Assembly (NCBI GenBank): GCA_964543295.1
Contig: CAZIXA010000002.1
Location: 46,410 to 110,409, forward strand
Origin: an uncultured Clostridia bacterium
GTDB taxonomy: Bacteria > Aerophobota > Aerophobia > Aerophobales > AE-B3A
Length of the DNA stretch: 64,000 nt
Direction: 5' to 3'
Shown piece by piece: positions 28,527 through 39,244 of the stretch. The translations under genes and the position numbers were made by a program. Numbering within the stretch: position 1 is the first letter of the stretch; each line of letters begins with the position of its first letter. Under the pieces are notes generated by a model, which was not told the origin of the DNA, searched no databases, and saw nothing but the letters and a program-made list of their open reading frames with translations.

Positions 28527-29372
28527 ATGATATTTTTTTCTGAAAAGTGCTTGGAATACCGGGCCCAGGGTCATCCAGAATCACCGGAAAGAGTAAAGAT
28601 TACCTACGATTATCTAAAGGAAAAGGGATTTTCTTTTCAGCAGGCTCAAGTCTGCAGCGAGGGGGATCTTCTGTTAGTTCACACCAGATCTTTTCTGAAG
28701 AAAGTAAAAGAAAATCGGTTTTTTGATGCGGATACTCCCAATATTAATGGCGTCTATGAACACGCTATTCTCTCGGCAGGTGGGGCTGTTGAAGCGATGA
28801 AAAAAGCTATGGAGGAAGAGCCAAGTTTTTCCTTATTAAGGCCTCCAGGCCATCATGCCGGAAAAGACTATCTCGGTGGGTTCTGTTACTTTAACAATAT
28901 GGCCATAGCGGTGATCAAGGCTCTAGAGAAGGTTGAGAGAGTGGCTATTCTCGATTTTGATGGGCATCATGGAAATGGAACCGAGGATATTTTCCTGGGT
29001 GACCTTCGAGTTGTTTATCTTTCCTTACATCAATATCCTGCCTATCCCGGAACCGGCACAGCTTCTCAAAAGAATTGTCTTAACTATCCTCTCTTACCCG
29101 GGACGGGAGAGGAAAGATATCTTCAGGTTTTCTCGCAGGGTCTGGAAAAGGTTAAAAAATTTGATCCCGCCTTAATCGGGGTCTCGGCTGGGTTTGATGG
29201 ATACAAGGAAGATAGGCTTCTCAATCTGGAACTGGAGGTCAAAACCTATTATAATATTGGCAGATCTATAAAAGATTTGGGTAGACCTTGCTTTGCTGTC
29301 CTGGAAGGAGGCTACAGCAGTGACCTTCCCCTCTGTGTTTATCAGTTCCTCCAAGGGATAGGGGTAAAATAG
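28527..29372 (+). CDS. Histone-deacetylase-superfamily protein (HDAC/AcuC/acetylpolyamine amidohydrolase-like), short form.
   Basis: Motif ILDFDGHHGNGTEDIF (DxDxHHGNG) and the Zn-binding signature GGGY near the C-terminus. Confidence 0.75.
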   Translation: MIFFSEKCLEYRAQGHPESPERVKITYDYLKEKGFSFQQAQVCSEGDLLLVHTRSFLKKVKENRFFDADTPNINGVYEHAILSAGGAVEAMKKAMEEEPSFSLLRPPGHHAGKDYLGGFCYFNNMAIAVIKALEKVERVAILDFDGHHGNGTEDIFLGDLRVVYLSLHQYPAYPGTGTASQKNCLNYPLLPGTGEERYLQVFSQGLEKVKKFDPALIGVSAGFDGYKEDRLLNLELEVKTYYNIGRSIKDLGRPCFAVLEGGYSSDLPLCVYQFLQGIGVK

Positions 29373-29502
29373 ATAAAAGGGTAGGTGCTCCGGACACGCC
29401 GGTTCCCTTTACTCCAGGGATGGATGGAAAACTATTGGGTGCCAGGCGAGGCCCATGTAATAAGGGCAGTTAGAGAAGTTATGGGTGGATAAGGAGGTTA
29501 AG

Positions 29503-30504
29503 ATGGAAAAAGATATTTTGTTTGGCTCCTGTTTACCACCATTTGGTGACTGTGCAGATAGATTCGTATTATCAGGCTACAGTGGTGTAAAAAGAACCCC
29601 CGTAGAGATGATTAAAAGGGCTGGTAAGGTTAAAAGCTTATCGGGAATAGAATTGGTAGGGACCTGGCACCTAAGCGATAATAACATTAGAGAAATAAAA
29701 AAGGTGGTGGAGGACGTCGGTCTTAAGGTCTGTATGGTGACGCCTGATATGTGGGCTAGAGGTAAGTGGGGAAAAGGGGGATTCACCTCCAGAGATGAAA
29801 AAACACGGGAAGAGGCAATAAGAGATGTGAAGGCCTCCATGGATTGGGCCATTGAACTCGATTGTGATGCGATTGAGCTTTGGTTTGGTCAGGATGGATA
29901 CGACTATTTATTCCAGGCTAATTATATGGAAGCCTGGGATAGGTTAGTAGGAGCAACTAGAGAATGTGCCGATTATCGACCTGAGGTAAAGGTCTGCCTT
30001 GAGTACAAAATCAAAGAGCCGAGAACGCACATTTTCGTAGGAACAGCGGGTAAAGCTCTTCTCTTGGCTAAAGAGGTCAATAGGGACAATGTCGGAGTTC
30101 TGGTGGATGTGGGCCATGCCCTGGCCGCCGGAGAGAATCCGGCTGAATCCATTGCTCTTCTTTCCAGAAGCAAGAAGCTCTTTTACCTTCACTTCAATGA
30201 CAATTATGCCACCTGGGATGACGATATGATGGTTGGCTCGGTTCATCTTCTGCAGTACCTTGAGCTACTATACTGGTTGAAAAGGACTGGCTATAAAGGA
30301 TGGCATACCCTGGATATATTCCCCTATCGGGAAGATGGCCTTAGAGCAGTGGAAGAAAGCATCGCCTGGATCAAGGGTCTCTATGAGCTTCTGAATAGGA
30401 TTGATTATCGGAGGATAGAAAAGATAATAGAAGAAGGAGACGCCACTCAAGCATCTGAGATTTTGAGAACAAGCATTCTTTCCTGGAGTCAAAATCGAGT
30501 TTAA
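29503..30504 (+). CDS. Xylose-isomerase-like TIM-barrel sugar (phosphate) isomerase/epimerase.
   Basis: Fold-level features (WHTLDIFPYRED, HFNDN). AAGGAGG lies upstream of ATG 29503; the ORF track opens earlier, at GTG 29485. Confidence 0.55.
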   Translation: MEKDILFGSCLPPFGDCADRFVLSGYSGVKRTPVEMIKRAGKVKSLSGIELVGTWHLSDNNIREIKKVVEDVGLKVCMVTPDMWARGKWGKGGFTSRDEKTREEAIRDVKASMDWAIELDCDAIELWFGQDGYDYLFQANYMEAWDRLVGATRECADYRPEVKVCLEYKIKEPRTHIFVGTAGKALLLAKEVNRDNVGVLVDVGHALAAGENPAESIALLSRSKKLFYLHFNDNYATWDDDMMVGSVHLLQYLELLYWLKRTGYKGWHTLDIFPYREDGLRAVEESIAWIKGLYELLNRIDYRRIEKIIEEGDATQASEILRTSILSWSQNRV

Positions 30505-30539
30505 ATTCTCTATTTGGTCAGGATGAAAAGGCGGAAGAA

Positions 30540-31262
30540 ATGAAGAAATATTTAATCTATGCAATAATGGTAGGTTTAGTTATGTCCCTTTCGAGAGTTA
30601 CTATTTTCTCGGCAGAAAAAAGCAAAGAAGATGTGTACAGGCTGCAAAGAGAGAAAATGGTGGCAGATCAGATTGAGGCTAGAGGAGTCAAGGATGAAAA
30701 AGTCCTTTGGGCCATGAGGACTGTTCCTCGCCACAAATTCGTCTCAGAAGATCTTATAAACTCTGCCTATGAAGATAGACCTTTACCTATCGGCTTCGGG
30801 CAGACCATTTCTCAGCCTTACATCGTGGCTCTGATGACGCAGTTTTTGGGCGTTGGTGAAAAAGATAAGGTCTTAGAGGTGGGCACTGGCTCTGGTTACC
30901 AGGCGGCTATTCTTTCCGGAATTGTTGAGGAGGTTTACACTATAGAAATATTTGAAGAACTGGGAACAATGGCCGGGAAAAGATTAAGAGATTTGGGTTA
31001 CCACAACGTAAAGGTTAAGGTGGCTGATGGATATTATGGCTGGCCGGAGGAAGCTCCCTTTGATGCAATCATTGTTACCTGTGCTGCCACTCATATTCCT
31101 CCTCCCTTGATTGAGCAGTTAAAAGACGGAGGAACAATGTGCATACCGGTAGGTAGTGTTTTCTGGACTCAAAACTTGATGCTGGTGAAAAAGAAGAACG
31201 GTAAAATTACCGCTAGAAGTGTCCTTCCGGTAAGATTTGTTCCCCTGTTGGGAAAGCACTAG
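30540..31262 (+). CDS. pcm: Protein-L-isoaspartate O-methyltransferase with an N-terminal signal/anchor extension.
   Basis: Motifs VPRHKFV, QTISQPYIVALM and the SAM motif VLEVGTGSGYQAA. Confidence 0.85.
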   Translation: MKKYLIYAIMVGLVMSLSRVTIFSAEKSKEDVYRLQREKMVADQIEARGVKDEKVLWAMRTVPRHKFVSEDLINSAYEDRPLPIGFGQTISQPYIVALMTQFLGVGEKDKVLEVGTGSGYQAAILSGIVEEVYTIEIFEELGTMAGKRLRDLGYHNVKVKVADGYYGWPEEAPFDAIIVTCAATHIPPPLIEQLKDGGTMCIPVGSVFWTQNLMLVKKKNGKITARSVLPVRFVPLLGKH

Positions 31263-33645
31263 AGTGGCGCTCTTTTTTTCTATATTCCTGATTTCCTTCT
31301 CCATCCTTTCCTACGAAATCCTTTTGATGAGGATCTTTTCCATAACGAGCTGGTCGCACTTTGCTTATATGATCATTAGTATTGCCCTCCTCGGTTTTGG
31401 TGGTAGCGGAACCTTTATCTCCCTGTTTCAGAATAAATTAAAAAAATATTTTTATCCTTCTTTTACTATCCTCTCCTTTTCCTTCTCCATTTCCCTTTTC
31501 CTTTGTTTTCTCCTTTCTCAACGAATTCCCTTTGACCCTTTTCTCATCGTCTGGTATCGGCGCCAGTATCTTTATCTATTGGAATATTATCTGGTTCTTT
31601 TCGTCCCCTTTTTCTTAGGAGCAAGTTGCGTTGGACTAATGTTTGCTGAATTTCCCCAGAAGATCAGTAGAGTTTACTTCTATAATCTTTTGGGATCAGG
31701 AGGGGGCGCTTTAGGAGCAGTTCTTTTTCTCTATGTTTTTACTCCTCTTCGGGTACTGGTGCTCATAACTTCAATTGCCTTCCTGGCCGCTCTAATTTCC
31801 TCATCTTATCTGGCCAGAAGGATTTTAATCGGCCTTGTTTTCGCTTCCTTTGCCCTGATCTTTCTTTTTTTTCTCTTTCCCCCGAAACTTATGATTTCTC
31901 AATACAAAGGCTTAAGTACCACCTTAAATCTTCCCCAGGCAAAAGTTTTAAACGAGGTCTCATCTCCTCTAGGCCTTATTGACGTTGTCAGTAGTCCAGC
32001 TATAAGGCATGCCCCTGGCCTTAGCCTCAATTTTGAAGGCACGATTCCTCCCCAATTGGGTATTTTTATAGATGCCGACTCTATGTCTGCTATTACTGAT
32101 TTTGGGGGTAGGCTCTCCAATCTAAGATTTCTAGATTATACCACCTCAAGTTTGCCCTACCATCTTCTTCGCCTACCCAAAGTACTGGTTTTAGGAGCTG
32201 GAGGGGGCTCAGAGGTTCTCACCGCCCTCTATCATCAAGCCTCGTCGATTGAGGCTTTGGAGATTAACCCCCAGGTGATAAGTCTGGTGCAGACTGAACA
32301 CAGCGATTTCTCCAATCACCTTTATTCCCTTCCCCAGGTGAGGCCGGTAGTAGCTGAGGGACGTGGTTTTATTCAGTCCAGCGAGAAAAAATATGATCTA
32401 ATTCAGATTGCCCTTTTGGATTCCTTTAGTGCTTCCTCAGCCGGCGTTTACGCCTTATCGGAAACCTATCTTTATACTCTCGAAGCTGTAAAGGAGTACA
32501 TAAGGCACCTTACCCCTGAGGGCATTCTCTCCATTACCAGATGGTTGAAGATGCCTCCACGGGATGGAATTAAGATATTTGCTACGGCAGTAGAGGCTCT
32601 AGAAGATCTGGGGATAAAAGATCCTTCCTCTCATCTCGTCTTTATAAGAAGCTGGGCTACCTCCACTTTGCTCGTCAAACGATCTTTTTTCTCTTCCTCC
32701 CAGATAATGGCAGCCAAGAAATTTTCTCGCATCAGGCTATTTGATCTTATCTGGTATCCAGGCGTAAAATCAGGGGAGGCCAATCGCTACAACACTTTAC
32801 CCGAAGCCTATTATTATGATGCAAGTAGAAAAATTCTTTCCCCAGAAAGGGAAAAGTTTTATCAAAATTATCTATTCTATATAAGGCCGGCTACTGATAA
32901 TTCTCCCTATTTCTTTCACTTTTTTAGGTGGAAGTCTCTACCCTACCTTCTTAAAACCATGGGGAGTCAATGGATTCCTTTTATAGAATGGGGATATATA
33001 GTTTTGATGGCCACTTTGTTTCAAGCAGTAGTGGTGAGTATAGTTTTGATTATCCTTCCCTTGTTCGGGCTCAAAAGCTCCACCACGGTATCGAGGCACA
33101 GGCTACCTATTTTGGTCTATTTTCTTTTTCTGGGCTTAGGATACATGTTTGTGGAGATCTCTTTTATCCAAAAATTCACCCTTTTTTTATCTTATCCTAT
33201 TTATGCGGTGGCGGTGGTAATATCAGGTTTTCTTTTTTTCTCCGGATGGGGAAGTTATCTAAGTGGACGAATCAGAATAGGTCGAGCAGGTAGTGTAGCC
33301 TCTGCTGTGGGAGCAATAATAATTATCTGTCTTATCTATTTGGGGTTCTTAGACAGCATTTTTCGAAGGTTCATCTCTTTATCGGACACCATAAAGATAG
33401 TGCTTTCCCTTCTCTTTCTTTCCCCTTTAGCTTTTTTTATGGGAATGCCCTTCCCTCTGGGGCTTAGCAGAGTTTCTGTCAAAAAGTCCTTCCTTGTGCC
33501 TTGGGCCTGGGGGGTAAATGGCTGTGCTTCTGTGATCAGCCCAGTCCTGGCCACTATCCTGGCCACTTCCGCGGGATTTAATTTAGTGGTGATAATGGCC
33601 CTTTTCCTGTATTTCTTGGCGGCCATAATTTTTGCTCGCCTTTAA
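31237..33645 (+). CDS. Polytopic membrane protein fused to a spermidine/spermine-synthase-like (aminopropyltransferase-fold) domain.
   Basis: Multiple N- and C-terminal transmembrane helices. A central domain carries VLVLGAGGGSEV…IEALEINPQV…DLIQIALLDSF, the spermidine-synthase signature. Confidence 0.65.
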   Translation: MFPCWESTRVALFFSIFLISFSILSYEILLMRIFSITSWSHFAYMIISIALLGFGGSGTFISLFQNKLKKYFYPSFTILSFSFSISLFLCFLLSQRIPFDPFLIVWYRRQYLYLLEYYLVLFVPFFLGASCVGLMFAEFPQKISRVYFYNLLGSGGGALGAVLFLYVFTPLRVLVLITSIAFLAALISSSYLARRILIGLVFASFALIFLFFLFPPKLMISQYKGLSTTLNLPQAKVLNEVSSPLGLIDVVSSPAIRHAPGLSLNFEGTIPPQLGIFIDADSMSAITDFGGRLSNLRFLDYTTSSLPYHLLRLPKVLVLGAGGGSEVLTALYHQASSIEALEINPQVISLVQTEHSDFSNHLYSLPQVRPVVAEGRGFIQSSEKKYDLIQIALLDSFSASSAGVYALSETYLYTLEAVKEYIRHLTPEGILSITRWLKMPPRDGIKIFATAVEALEDLGIKDPSSHLVFIRSWATSTLLVKRSFFSSSQIMAAKKFSRIRLFDLIWYPGVKSGEANRYNTLPEAYYYDASRKILSPEREKFYQNYLFYIRPATDNSPYFFHFFRWKSLPYLLKTMGSQWIPFIEWGYIVLMATLFQAVVVSIVLIILPLFGLKSSTTVSRHRLPILVYFLFLGLGYMFVEISFIQKFTLFLSYPIYAVAVVISGFLFFSGWGSYLSGRIRIGRAGSVASAVGAIIIICLIYLGFLDSIFRRFISLSDTIKIVLSLLFLSPLAFFMGMPFPLGLSRVSVKKSFLVPWAWGVNGCASVISPVLATILATSAGFNLVVIMALFLYFLAAIIFARL

Positions 33646-33651
33646 AATATG

Positions 33652-33770
33652 GGAAAGGGGGACGTGATTATTTTTTGAGATATATTAAGTCGTCTATGAG
33701 GTAGCAGGCAAACTGCAAAGAAAATTGTGAGCCGGAATTTCGTAAAAAATAATCACGTCCCCTTTTCCTG
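33652..33770. repeat. REP doublet (BIME-like). A forward REP at 33652-33677 and a reverse REP at 33745-33770 are separated by about 67 bp.
   Basis: GAAAGGGGGACGTGATTATTTTTTG … AAAAAATAATCACGTCCCCTTTTCC. An inverted pair able to form a long hairpin. Confidence 0.7.
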
Positions 33771-33934
33771 GTAGAAACTCCGATGTGAATGGTTTTGGTG
33801 CGCATGGTCTGAAAACTACAGATGGGCAGGGTCGCTGCAAGGATAGCCCAAGCAGCAAAGATTCAAAAATCAAGACCTGACCCTTTTGAGTGCTCTCAAC
33901 CAAGGACGCTCAGACTCAGCACGGTCTTTGTTTC

Positions 33935-33963
33935 TTGACTTTCTTTGGAAAAGTTGTTATAGT
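33935..33963 (+). promoter_or_regulatory. Sigma70-like promoter (TTGACT-N17-TATAGT) at the head of the glycan island.
   Basis: TTGACT at 33935-33940, a 17-nt spacer, TATAGT at 33958-33963, about 85 bp upstream of the DegT gene. Confidence 0.5.
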
Positions 33964-34047
33964 TTGGGCTAAATGGATAGTTATGCTTTAGGGGTCAAAC
34001 CGCGGAAGTTAAAAAGGGGAAGGATTTGTCCCGCAGAGGAGAAAGCA

Positions 34048-35187
34048 GTGAAGATTCCCTTGCTCGATTTGAAATCTCAGTACAAGACAATCGAAGGAGA
34101 AGTTAATAGAGTGGTAGAAGAGGTTTTGGAAAGTGGACATTATATCCTGGGTCAAAATGTGAAAGCCCTGGAAGAGGAAATTGCTGACTATTGCGAAGTT
34201 AAGTATGCCATAGGAGTTGCCTCGGGCACAGATGCCTTAAGGCTGAGCTTATTGAGCTTGGGAGTGGGTGAAGGAGATGAGGTGATAGTTACTCCTTTTA
34301 CTTTTATTGCCACTGCTGAGGTGATTACTCAGGTAGGTGCCAGACCCACCTTCGTTGATATTGAGGAAAAAAGTTTTAATCTGGATCCCGCCAAGATAGA
34401 AAAGGCCCTAACCCATAGGACCAAAGCCATAATTCCGGTTCATCTTTATGGGCAGGCCGTAGATATGCGCAAGATAATGCACACAGCAAAAGAACACAGT
34501 TTGAAAGTAATCGAAGACGTTGCTCAGGCCTTTGGAACAGAGTATCGTGGATGGGCTGGCCACCCAAAAAAGTTGGGCTCCATGGGAGATGTAGGGTGTC
34601 TTAGTTTCTTTCCGACCAAGAATCTGGGAGGATACGGTGATGGAGGAATGGTTCTGACCAATGACCATGAGGTAGCTAGAAGGATAAAAATGCTCAGAGT
34701 TCATGGTCTAGACTCAAACTGTGGTCATTCTCTACTGGGATATAATAGTCGGTTGGATGAACTGCAAGCGGCAATTCTTAGAGTGAAGCTAAGATGGGTA
34801 GATGAATGGACAAGGATGCGTCGTCAAAATGCATCTCTTTATAATAAGCTGTTCTCTTCTTCTACAGTTCCGGTGAGAATTCCCTTTCAGGCTCCCTATG
34901 CCAGACATAGTTTCTGTGTTTACACTATTCGGATACCCAAAAGAGACAGGTTAAAGGATTACTTGAAGAAAAAAGGGATTGAAACCAAGATTTATTATCC
35001 TCTTCCCCTGCATCTTCAGAAGGTTTATAGGGATCTCGGCTACGATGATCTTGATCTCCCGATAGCGGAAAGAGTCTCTAAAGAAGTTCTCTCCCTACCG
35101 ATATATCCAGAGCTACGCGAAGCGCAGATTGAGTTTGTGGTAAAAGAGATTAAAAATTTTTTTCATAATATTCAATTTGGCCATTGA
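34048..35187 (+). CDS. DegT/DnrJ/EryC1/StrS-family PLP-dependent sugar aminotransferase.
   Basis: The conserved family N-terminus (IPLLDLKSQY) and the PLP-binding lysine region. GAGGAG RBS precedes GTG 34048; the ORF track opens earlier, at 33973. Confidence 0.8.
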   Translation: MKIPLLDLKSQYKTIEGEVNRVVEEVLESGHYILGQNVKALEEEIADYCEVKYAIGVASGTDALRLSLLSLGVGEGDEVIVTPFTFIATAEVITQVGARPTFVDIEEKSFNLDPAKIEKALTHRTKAIIPVHLYGQAVDMRKIMHTAKEHSLKVIEDVAQAFGTEYRGWAGHPKKLGSMGDVGCLSFFPTKNLGGYGDGGMVLTNDHEVARRIKMLRVHGLDSNCGHSLLGYNSRLDELQAAILRVKLRWVDEWTRMRRQNASLYNKLFSSSTVPVRIPFQAPYARHSFCVYTIRIPKRDRLKDYLKKKGIETKIYYPLPLHLQKVYRDLGYDDLDLPIAERVSKEVLSLPIYPELREAQIEFVVKEIKNFFHNIQFGH

Positions 35188-35203
35188 CCTCAGGAGAAAG
35201 GAC

Positions 35204-36151
35204 GTGGCAAGCTACCTGATAACCGGGGGAGCAGGTTTTATCGGATCACATCTGGTGGGAAGGCTATTAAAAGAGGATGAGGAGGTAATAGCTATTGATA
35301 ATTTTGATGATTACTATGATCCCAAAATAAAGAGAAGCAATATCAAAGAATATTTGGGTAACAGGAATTTTGAGTTAAGGGAAGTGGACCTGCGGGATCC
35401 GCAAGAGTTAAGAAGAGTTTTTCAATCCGATAAAATTGCTCAAGTTATCCATTTAGCGGCCAGGGCTGGAGTTAGACCCTCTTTAAGGAATCCTCTTTTG
35501 TATGAGGAAGTAAACATCAAGGGCACCTTGAATTTGTTAGAAATATGCAAGGATTATCCCGTGGAAAATTTTATTTTTGCTTCCTCTTCTTCGGTCTATG
35601 GCACCGCCAGCACTCCCTTTGTGGAAGATGAGAACCTTAACAAACCTACCTCCTTTTATGCAGCTACCAAGCAGGCTGGAGAGCTCATTTGCCATACCTA
35701 TCATCATCTCTACAGTATTCCCACCACTTGCTTGAGACTGTTCACTGTTTATGGTCCCCGACAGAGACCGGAGATGGCCATACATAAATTTACCAGGCTG
35801 ATCGATGAAGGCGGGGAAATAACTATTTTTGGTAATGGGCATTCAAAAAGGGATTATACCTATATTTCGGACATTATTGATGGAATTATGAGAGTACTGC
35901 ACAAAAAATTCGACTATGAGGTATTCAATCTAGGCAGATCACAACCAATCGAGTTGAGAGAACTCGTGGCATTAATTGAGTCGGGTCTGGGAAAGAAAGC
36001 CAGAATAGGACATCTTCCTGACCAGCCAGGCGATCTTCCCATCACTTTTGCTGATCTCACTAAATCGAGGAAGGTATTGGGTTATAATCCCAGGATAGGA
36101 ATAGAAGAGGGTATTAGAAGATTTATCGAATGGCACCGGAATAAACCTTAA
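35204..36151 (+). CDS. NAD-dependent nucleotide-sugar epimerase/dehydratase (SDR; UDP-glucuronate/UDP-glucose 4-epimerase-like).
   Basis: GGAGFIGSHL Rossmann motif and the YxxxK catalytic motif (YAATK). AGGAGA lies upstream of GTG 35204. Confidence 0.75.
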   Translation: MASYLITGGAGFIGSHLVGRLLKEDEEVIAIDNFDDYYDPKIKRSNIKEYLGNRNFELREVDLRDPQELRRVFQSDKIAQVIHLAARAGVRPSLRNPLLYEEVNIKGTLNLLEICKDYPVENFIFASSSSVYGTASTPFVEDENLNKPTSFYAATKQAGELICHTYHHLYSIPTTCLRLFTVYGPRQRPEMAIHKFTRLIDEGGEITIFGNGHSKRDYTYISDIIDGIMRVLHKKFDYEVFNLGRSQPIELRELVALIESGLGKKARIGHLPDQPGDLPITFADLTKSRKVLGYNPRIGIEEGIRRFIEWHRNKP

Positions 36152-36191
36152 TTTTGAGGAAGAACCCCGAGATGTTCTTGAGAGGGTCTCT

Positions 36192-37523
36192 ATGAACATT
36201 TCTATCATTGGTATTGGGCATGTAGGATTAGTTACTGGAGCATGTTTTGCAGAGATAGGCAATCAGGTAATCTGTGTGGATAACGATAAGGAAAAAATTG
36301 CTACTCTGAAAAAAGGAAAAATGCCTATCTACGAGCCTCACCTCGGGGAACTAGTTAAAAAAAACGTTAATGAAGAGCAGCTTTTCTTTTCTACCTCCAT
36401 TGAGGAAGGTGTATCGAAATCCAGCGTGATCTTCATTGCGGTGGGAACACCTCCTAAGGAAAATGGAGAGGCAGATCTATCTTCGGTGGAGAAAGTCTGT
36501 AGTCAGATTGCCCGAAATATGAAGGATTATAAGTTGGTGGTGGAAAAGAGCACTGTTCCAGTACAAACCGGACAGTGGATAAAACGTCTGTTTAACCTGC
36601 ATGATTCTCATCAGGATTTTGACGTTGCCTCAAATCCTGAGTTTTTGCGGGAGGGAAGCGCTATACACGATTTTCTTAATCCGGATAGAATTGTCATCGG
36701 GGTGGAGAATGAAAGAGCAGCCAACATCCTAAAGGAACTTTACTCCCCTATTATCAAACGTAGTTTTGACTCCTCTTTAAAATCTTCTCTGGTCAATCAC
36801 ATTCCCCTGCTTATAACCGACCTTCAAAGTGCAGAGCTAATAAAGCATGCCTCCAACTCTTTTCTGGCTGCCAAGATATCCTTCATAAATGCAGTGGCTG
36901 ATATCTGCGAGAGAGTAGGAGCTGACGTAGAGAAGGTAGCTCAGGGAATGGGATATGATCCTCGCATTGTCCCGGCCTTTCTTAAAGCTGGAGTAGGTTT
37001 TGGAGGTTTCTGTTTTCCCAAGGATCTGCAGGCGTTTATCCAGATAGCGGGAAAGTTTAATTATGATTTTGCTCTTCTCAAAGAGGTAGAGAGAATAAAC
37101 AAAGATAGACCAAGAAGACTGGTGGAGAAAATAGAGGAGGCTTTATGGGTGTTAAAAGATAAAACTATTGGTATTCTTGGTCTTGCCTTTAAGCCAGACA
37201 CCGATGATATGAGATTTGCTCCCTCAATTGAAGTGATAAATCTATTGCAAAAAGAGAAAGCAAAAGTAAAAGTCTATGACCCAGTAGCCATGGACAAGGC
37301 TAAAATGATTTTAAAGGATGTAGAGTACGGTAAAAATCCCTATCTGGTGGCCGAGGGAAGCAATGCCTTAGTCATCGTTACTGAATGGAGTGAATTTCGA
37401 GGTCTTGACCTGGCAAAAATAAAGGGTTTACTGGCCAATCCCATCATCGTAGATGGGAGAAATATCTTCGATCCAGCCAAGATGAAAAAACTGGGTTTTG
37501 TGTATAAGGCAATGGGAAGATGA
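36192..37523 (+). CDS. ugd: UDP-glucose 6-dehydrogenase (nucleotide-sugar dehydrogenase family).
   Basis: N-terminal IIGIGHVGL and the catalytic Cys motif [10 protein letters not shown]. Length is 443 aa. Confidence 0.8.
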   Translation: MNISIIGIGHVGLVTGACFAEIGNQVICVDNDKEKIATLKKGKMPIYEPHLGELVKKNVNEEQLFFSTSIEEGVSKSSVIFIAVGTPPKENGEADLSSVEKVCSQIARNMKDYKLVVEKSTVPVQTGQWIKRLFNLHDSHQDFDVASNPEFLREGSAIHDFLNPDRIVIGVENERAANILKELYSPIIKRSFDSSLKSSLVNHIPLLITDLQSAELIKHASNSFLAAKISFINAVADICERVGADVEKVAQGMGYDPRIVPAFLKAGVGFGGFCFPKDLQAFIQIAGKFNYDFALLKEVERINKDRPRRLVEKIEEALWVLKDKTIGILGLAFKPDTDDMRFAPSIEVINLLQKEKAKVKVYDPVAMDKAKMILKDVEYGKNPYLVAEGSNALVIVTEWSEFRGLDLAKIKGLLANPIIVDGRNIFDPAKMKKLGFVYKAMGR

Positions 37524-38449
37524 GAATATTAATAACCGGGGGAGCAGGTTTTCTTGGTTCACATTTATGTGACTATTTGCTGGCTAAAGGTCATGAGGTG
37601 ATAGCTCTGGATAATCTTATTACTGGAAAGGTCGTCAATATCGTTCATCTAGCTGGAAATGAGCATTTCCAATTCATCAAGCAGGATGTGACCGAATATC
37701 TTTATCTTAAGGGGAAAATAGACTATATCCTTCATTTTGCTTCCCCAGCCAGCCCTGTTGATTATCAAAAGTATCCTATTCAAACTTTGAAGGTGGGTTC
37801 TTTAGGAACGCACAAAGCTCTGGGCCTGGCCAGAGAGAAAAAAGCAAAATTTTTGCTTGCTTCGACTTCTGAGGTTTATGGGGATCCTCAGGTAAATCCT
37901 CAAAAAGAGGACTACTGGGGAAATGTTAACTCCCTGGGTCCAAGAGGAATGTACGATGAAGCCAAGAGGTTTGCTGAGGCTTTGACTATGGCCTATCATC
38001 GCTATCATAAGATGCATACAAAGATCGCTCGCATATTTAATTCGTATGGACCCAGGATGAGGAAGGATGACGGAAGGGTTGTTCCTACTTTTATTAATCA
38101 GGCCCTAAAAGGAGAACCTCTCACTGTCTTTGGAGATGGCTCTCAGACAAGGAGTTTTTGTTACGTTTCAGATCTGGTAGAAGGGATATATAAGCTGATG
38201 GTCTCAGAGATAAATGAGCCGGTGAACCTGGGCAGTCCTCATGAGATGAGCATCCTGGATTTTGCTAGATCGGTGCTTGAAATCACTCGCAGCCAGAGCA
38301 AGATAACCTATAAACCTCTGCCAGAGAATGATCCCAGGGTAAGGCGACCGGATATATCCAGAGCAAGGAAATATTTGAAATGGCAGCCAAAAGTCGAGTT
38401 AAGAGAGGGATTGAAGGAAACTTTAGCCTGGTTTGAAAAAGAGACCTAG
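37520..38449 (+). CDS. UDP-glucuronate decarboxylase (UDP-xylose synthase).
   Basis: Highly characteristic UXS sequence ([18 protein letters not shown]…STSEVYGDP…YDEAKR…[11 protein letters not shown]). ATGA overlap with ugd. Confidence 0.85.
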   Translation: MRILITGGAGFLGSHLCDYLLAKGHEVIALDNLITGKVVNIVHLAGNEHFQFIKQDVTEYLYLKGKIDYILHFASPASPVDYQKYPIQTLKVGSLGTHKALGLAREKKAKFLLASTSEVYGDPQVNPQKEDYWGNVNSLGPRGMYDEAKRFAEALTMAYHRYHKMHTKIARIFNSYGPRMRKDDGRVVPTFINQALKGEPLTVFGDGSQTRSFCYVSDLVEGIYKLMVSEINEPVNLGSPHEMSILDFARSVLEITRSQSKITYKPLPENDPRVRRPDISRARKYLKWQPKVELREGLKETLAWFEKET

Positions 38450-38487
38450 CTGGTTTGGATTACGTTTCAAAAACGGGGGAAATTTCG

Positions 38488-38649
38488 ATGCTTGATAAGG
38501 AGTTACTTAAAATTCTGGCCTGTCCTATCTGTAAAAGCGGGGTCAAACTTGAGGGTAATAAAATTATCTGCAGCAAGTGTAAAAAATACTATCCCATCAG
38601 GGATGGTATTCCGGTCATGCTGATAGACGAGGCAAAGGATTTAGAATAA
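38488..38649 (+). CDS. Trm112-like (DUF343/YcaR-family) small zinc-ribbon protein.
   Basis: ILACPICKSG…CSKCKKYYPIRDGIPVML. Confidence 0.6.
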   Translation: MLDKELLKILACPICKSGVKLEGNKIICSKCKKYYPIRDGIPVMLIDEAKDLE

Positions 38650-38716
38650 GAGGTTAATGATCTACTTTAAGAGAGGACGGGAATTTGCGCTGTATCGGGG
38701 CTGAAAGAGGGTCAAG

Positions 38717-39166
38717 GTGGAAGATAGAGCAGTAGAGGAAATAAAACGGCACTTCGATGTGGTAGCGGAAAGCTTAAAAGATGAGATTAAGCTAATAGCA
38801 GAAGGACATGTCCTTCTGAACAAAACAATAGGCGATCTTCGAGAAGATATAGATGAGCTTCGAAAAGAAAATGCACAAGAGCATGCTATCCTCAACAGGA
38901 GAATAGATGATCTCCGTAAAGAGAATGCGGAAGAACATGCTCTCCTCAACAGGAGAATAGATGATCTCCGTAAAGAGAATGCGGAAGAACATGCTATGCT
39001 GAACCAGAGAATAGACGATCTTCGTAGAGAGAATGCAGAGGAACATCGAGAGATCCTATCAGCCATAAAGTTTTCCTACGCTGAGCTGGACCACCGCATC
39101 GTAGCTCTAGAGGACAAATTCGCTGACATTGAGAAACGTATAACTCGTCTAGAAAGTCTTCGTTAG
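38717..39166 (+). CDS. Coiled-coil protein built from four 18-aa (54-bp) tandem repeats (RRIDDLRKENAEEHAxLN).
   Basis: The tandem repeats at 38839-39054 are in frame. No recognisable domain. Confidence 0.55.
   Translation: MEDRAVEEIKRHFDVVAESLKDEIKLIAEGHVLLNKTIGDLREDIDELRKENAQEHAILNRRIDDLRKENAEEHALLNRRIDDLRKENAEEHAMLNQRIDDLRRENAEEHREILSAIKFSYAELDHRIVALEDKFADIEKRITRLESLR
38839..39054 (+). repeat. Four tandem copies of a 54-bp unit inside the coiled-coil gene (two near-identical, two diverged).
   Basis: Units at 38839, 38893, 38947 and 39001. The 38893 and 38947 copies differ at only a few positions. Confidence 0.8.
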
Positions 39167-39244
39167 GATCTTAGAATTGTGGATTGCAGACTTGATTTTT
39201 TGCGTTTTTGACCTAGGACTTAGGACTAACTTGGGGTGAGTAAA

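Noticed and set aside
29485-29502. The ORF-track start for the TIM-barrel isomerase at GTG 29485.
   Set aside because: AAGGAGG lies 6 nt upstream of ATG 29503, so 29503 is the probable start.
38662-39066. A 134-aa ORF on the minus strand, antisense to the coiled-coil repeat gene.
   Set aside because: It is the antisense reading of a tandem-repeat region. Its low-complexity Ser/Arg composition is produced by the repeats. The sense ORF has an RBS and sits in operon context.
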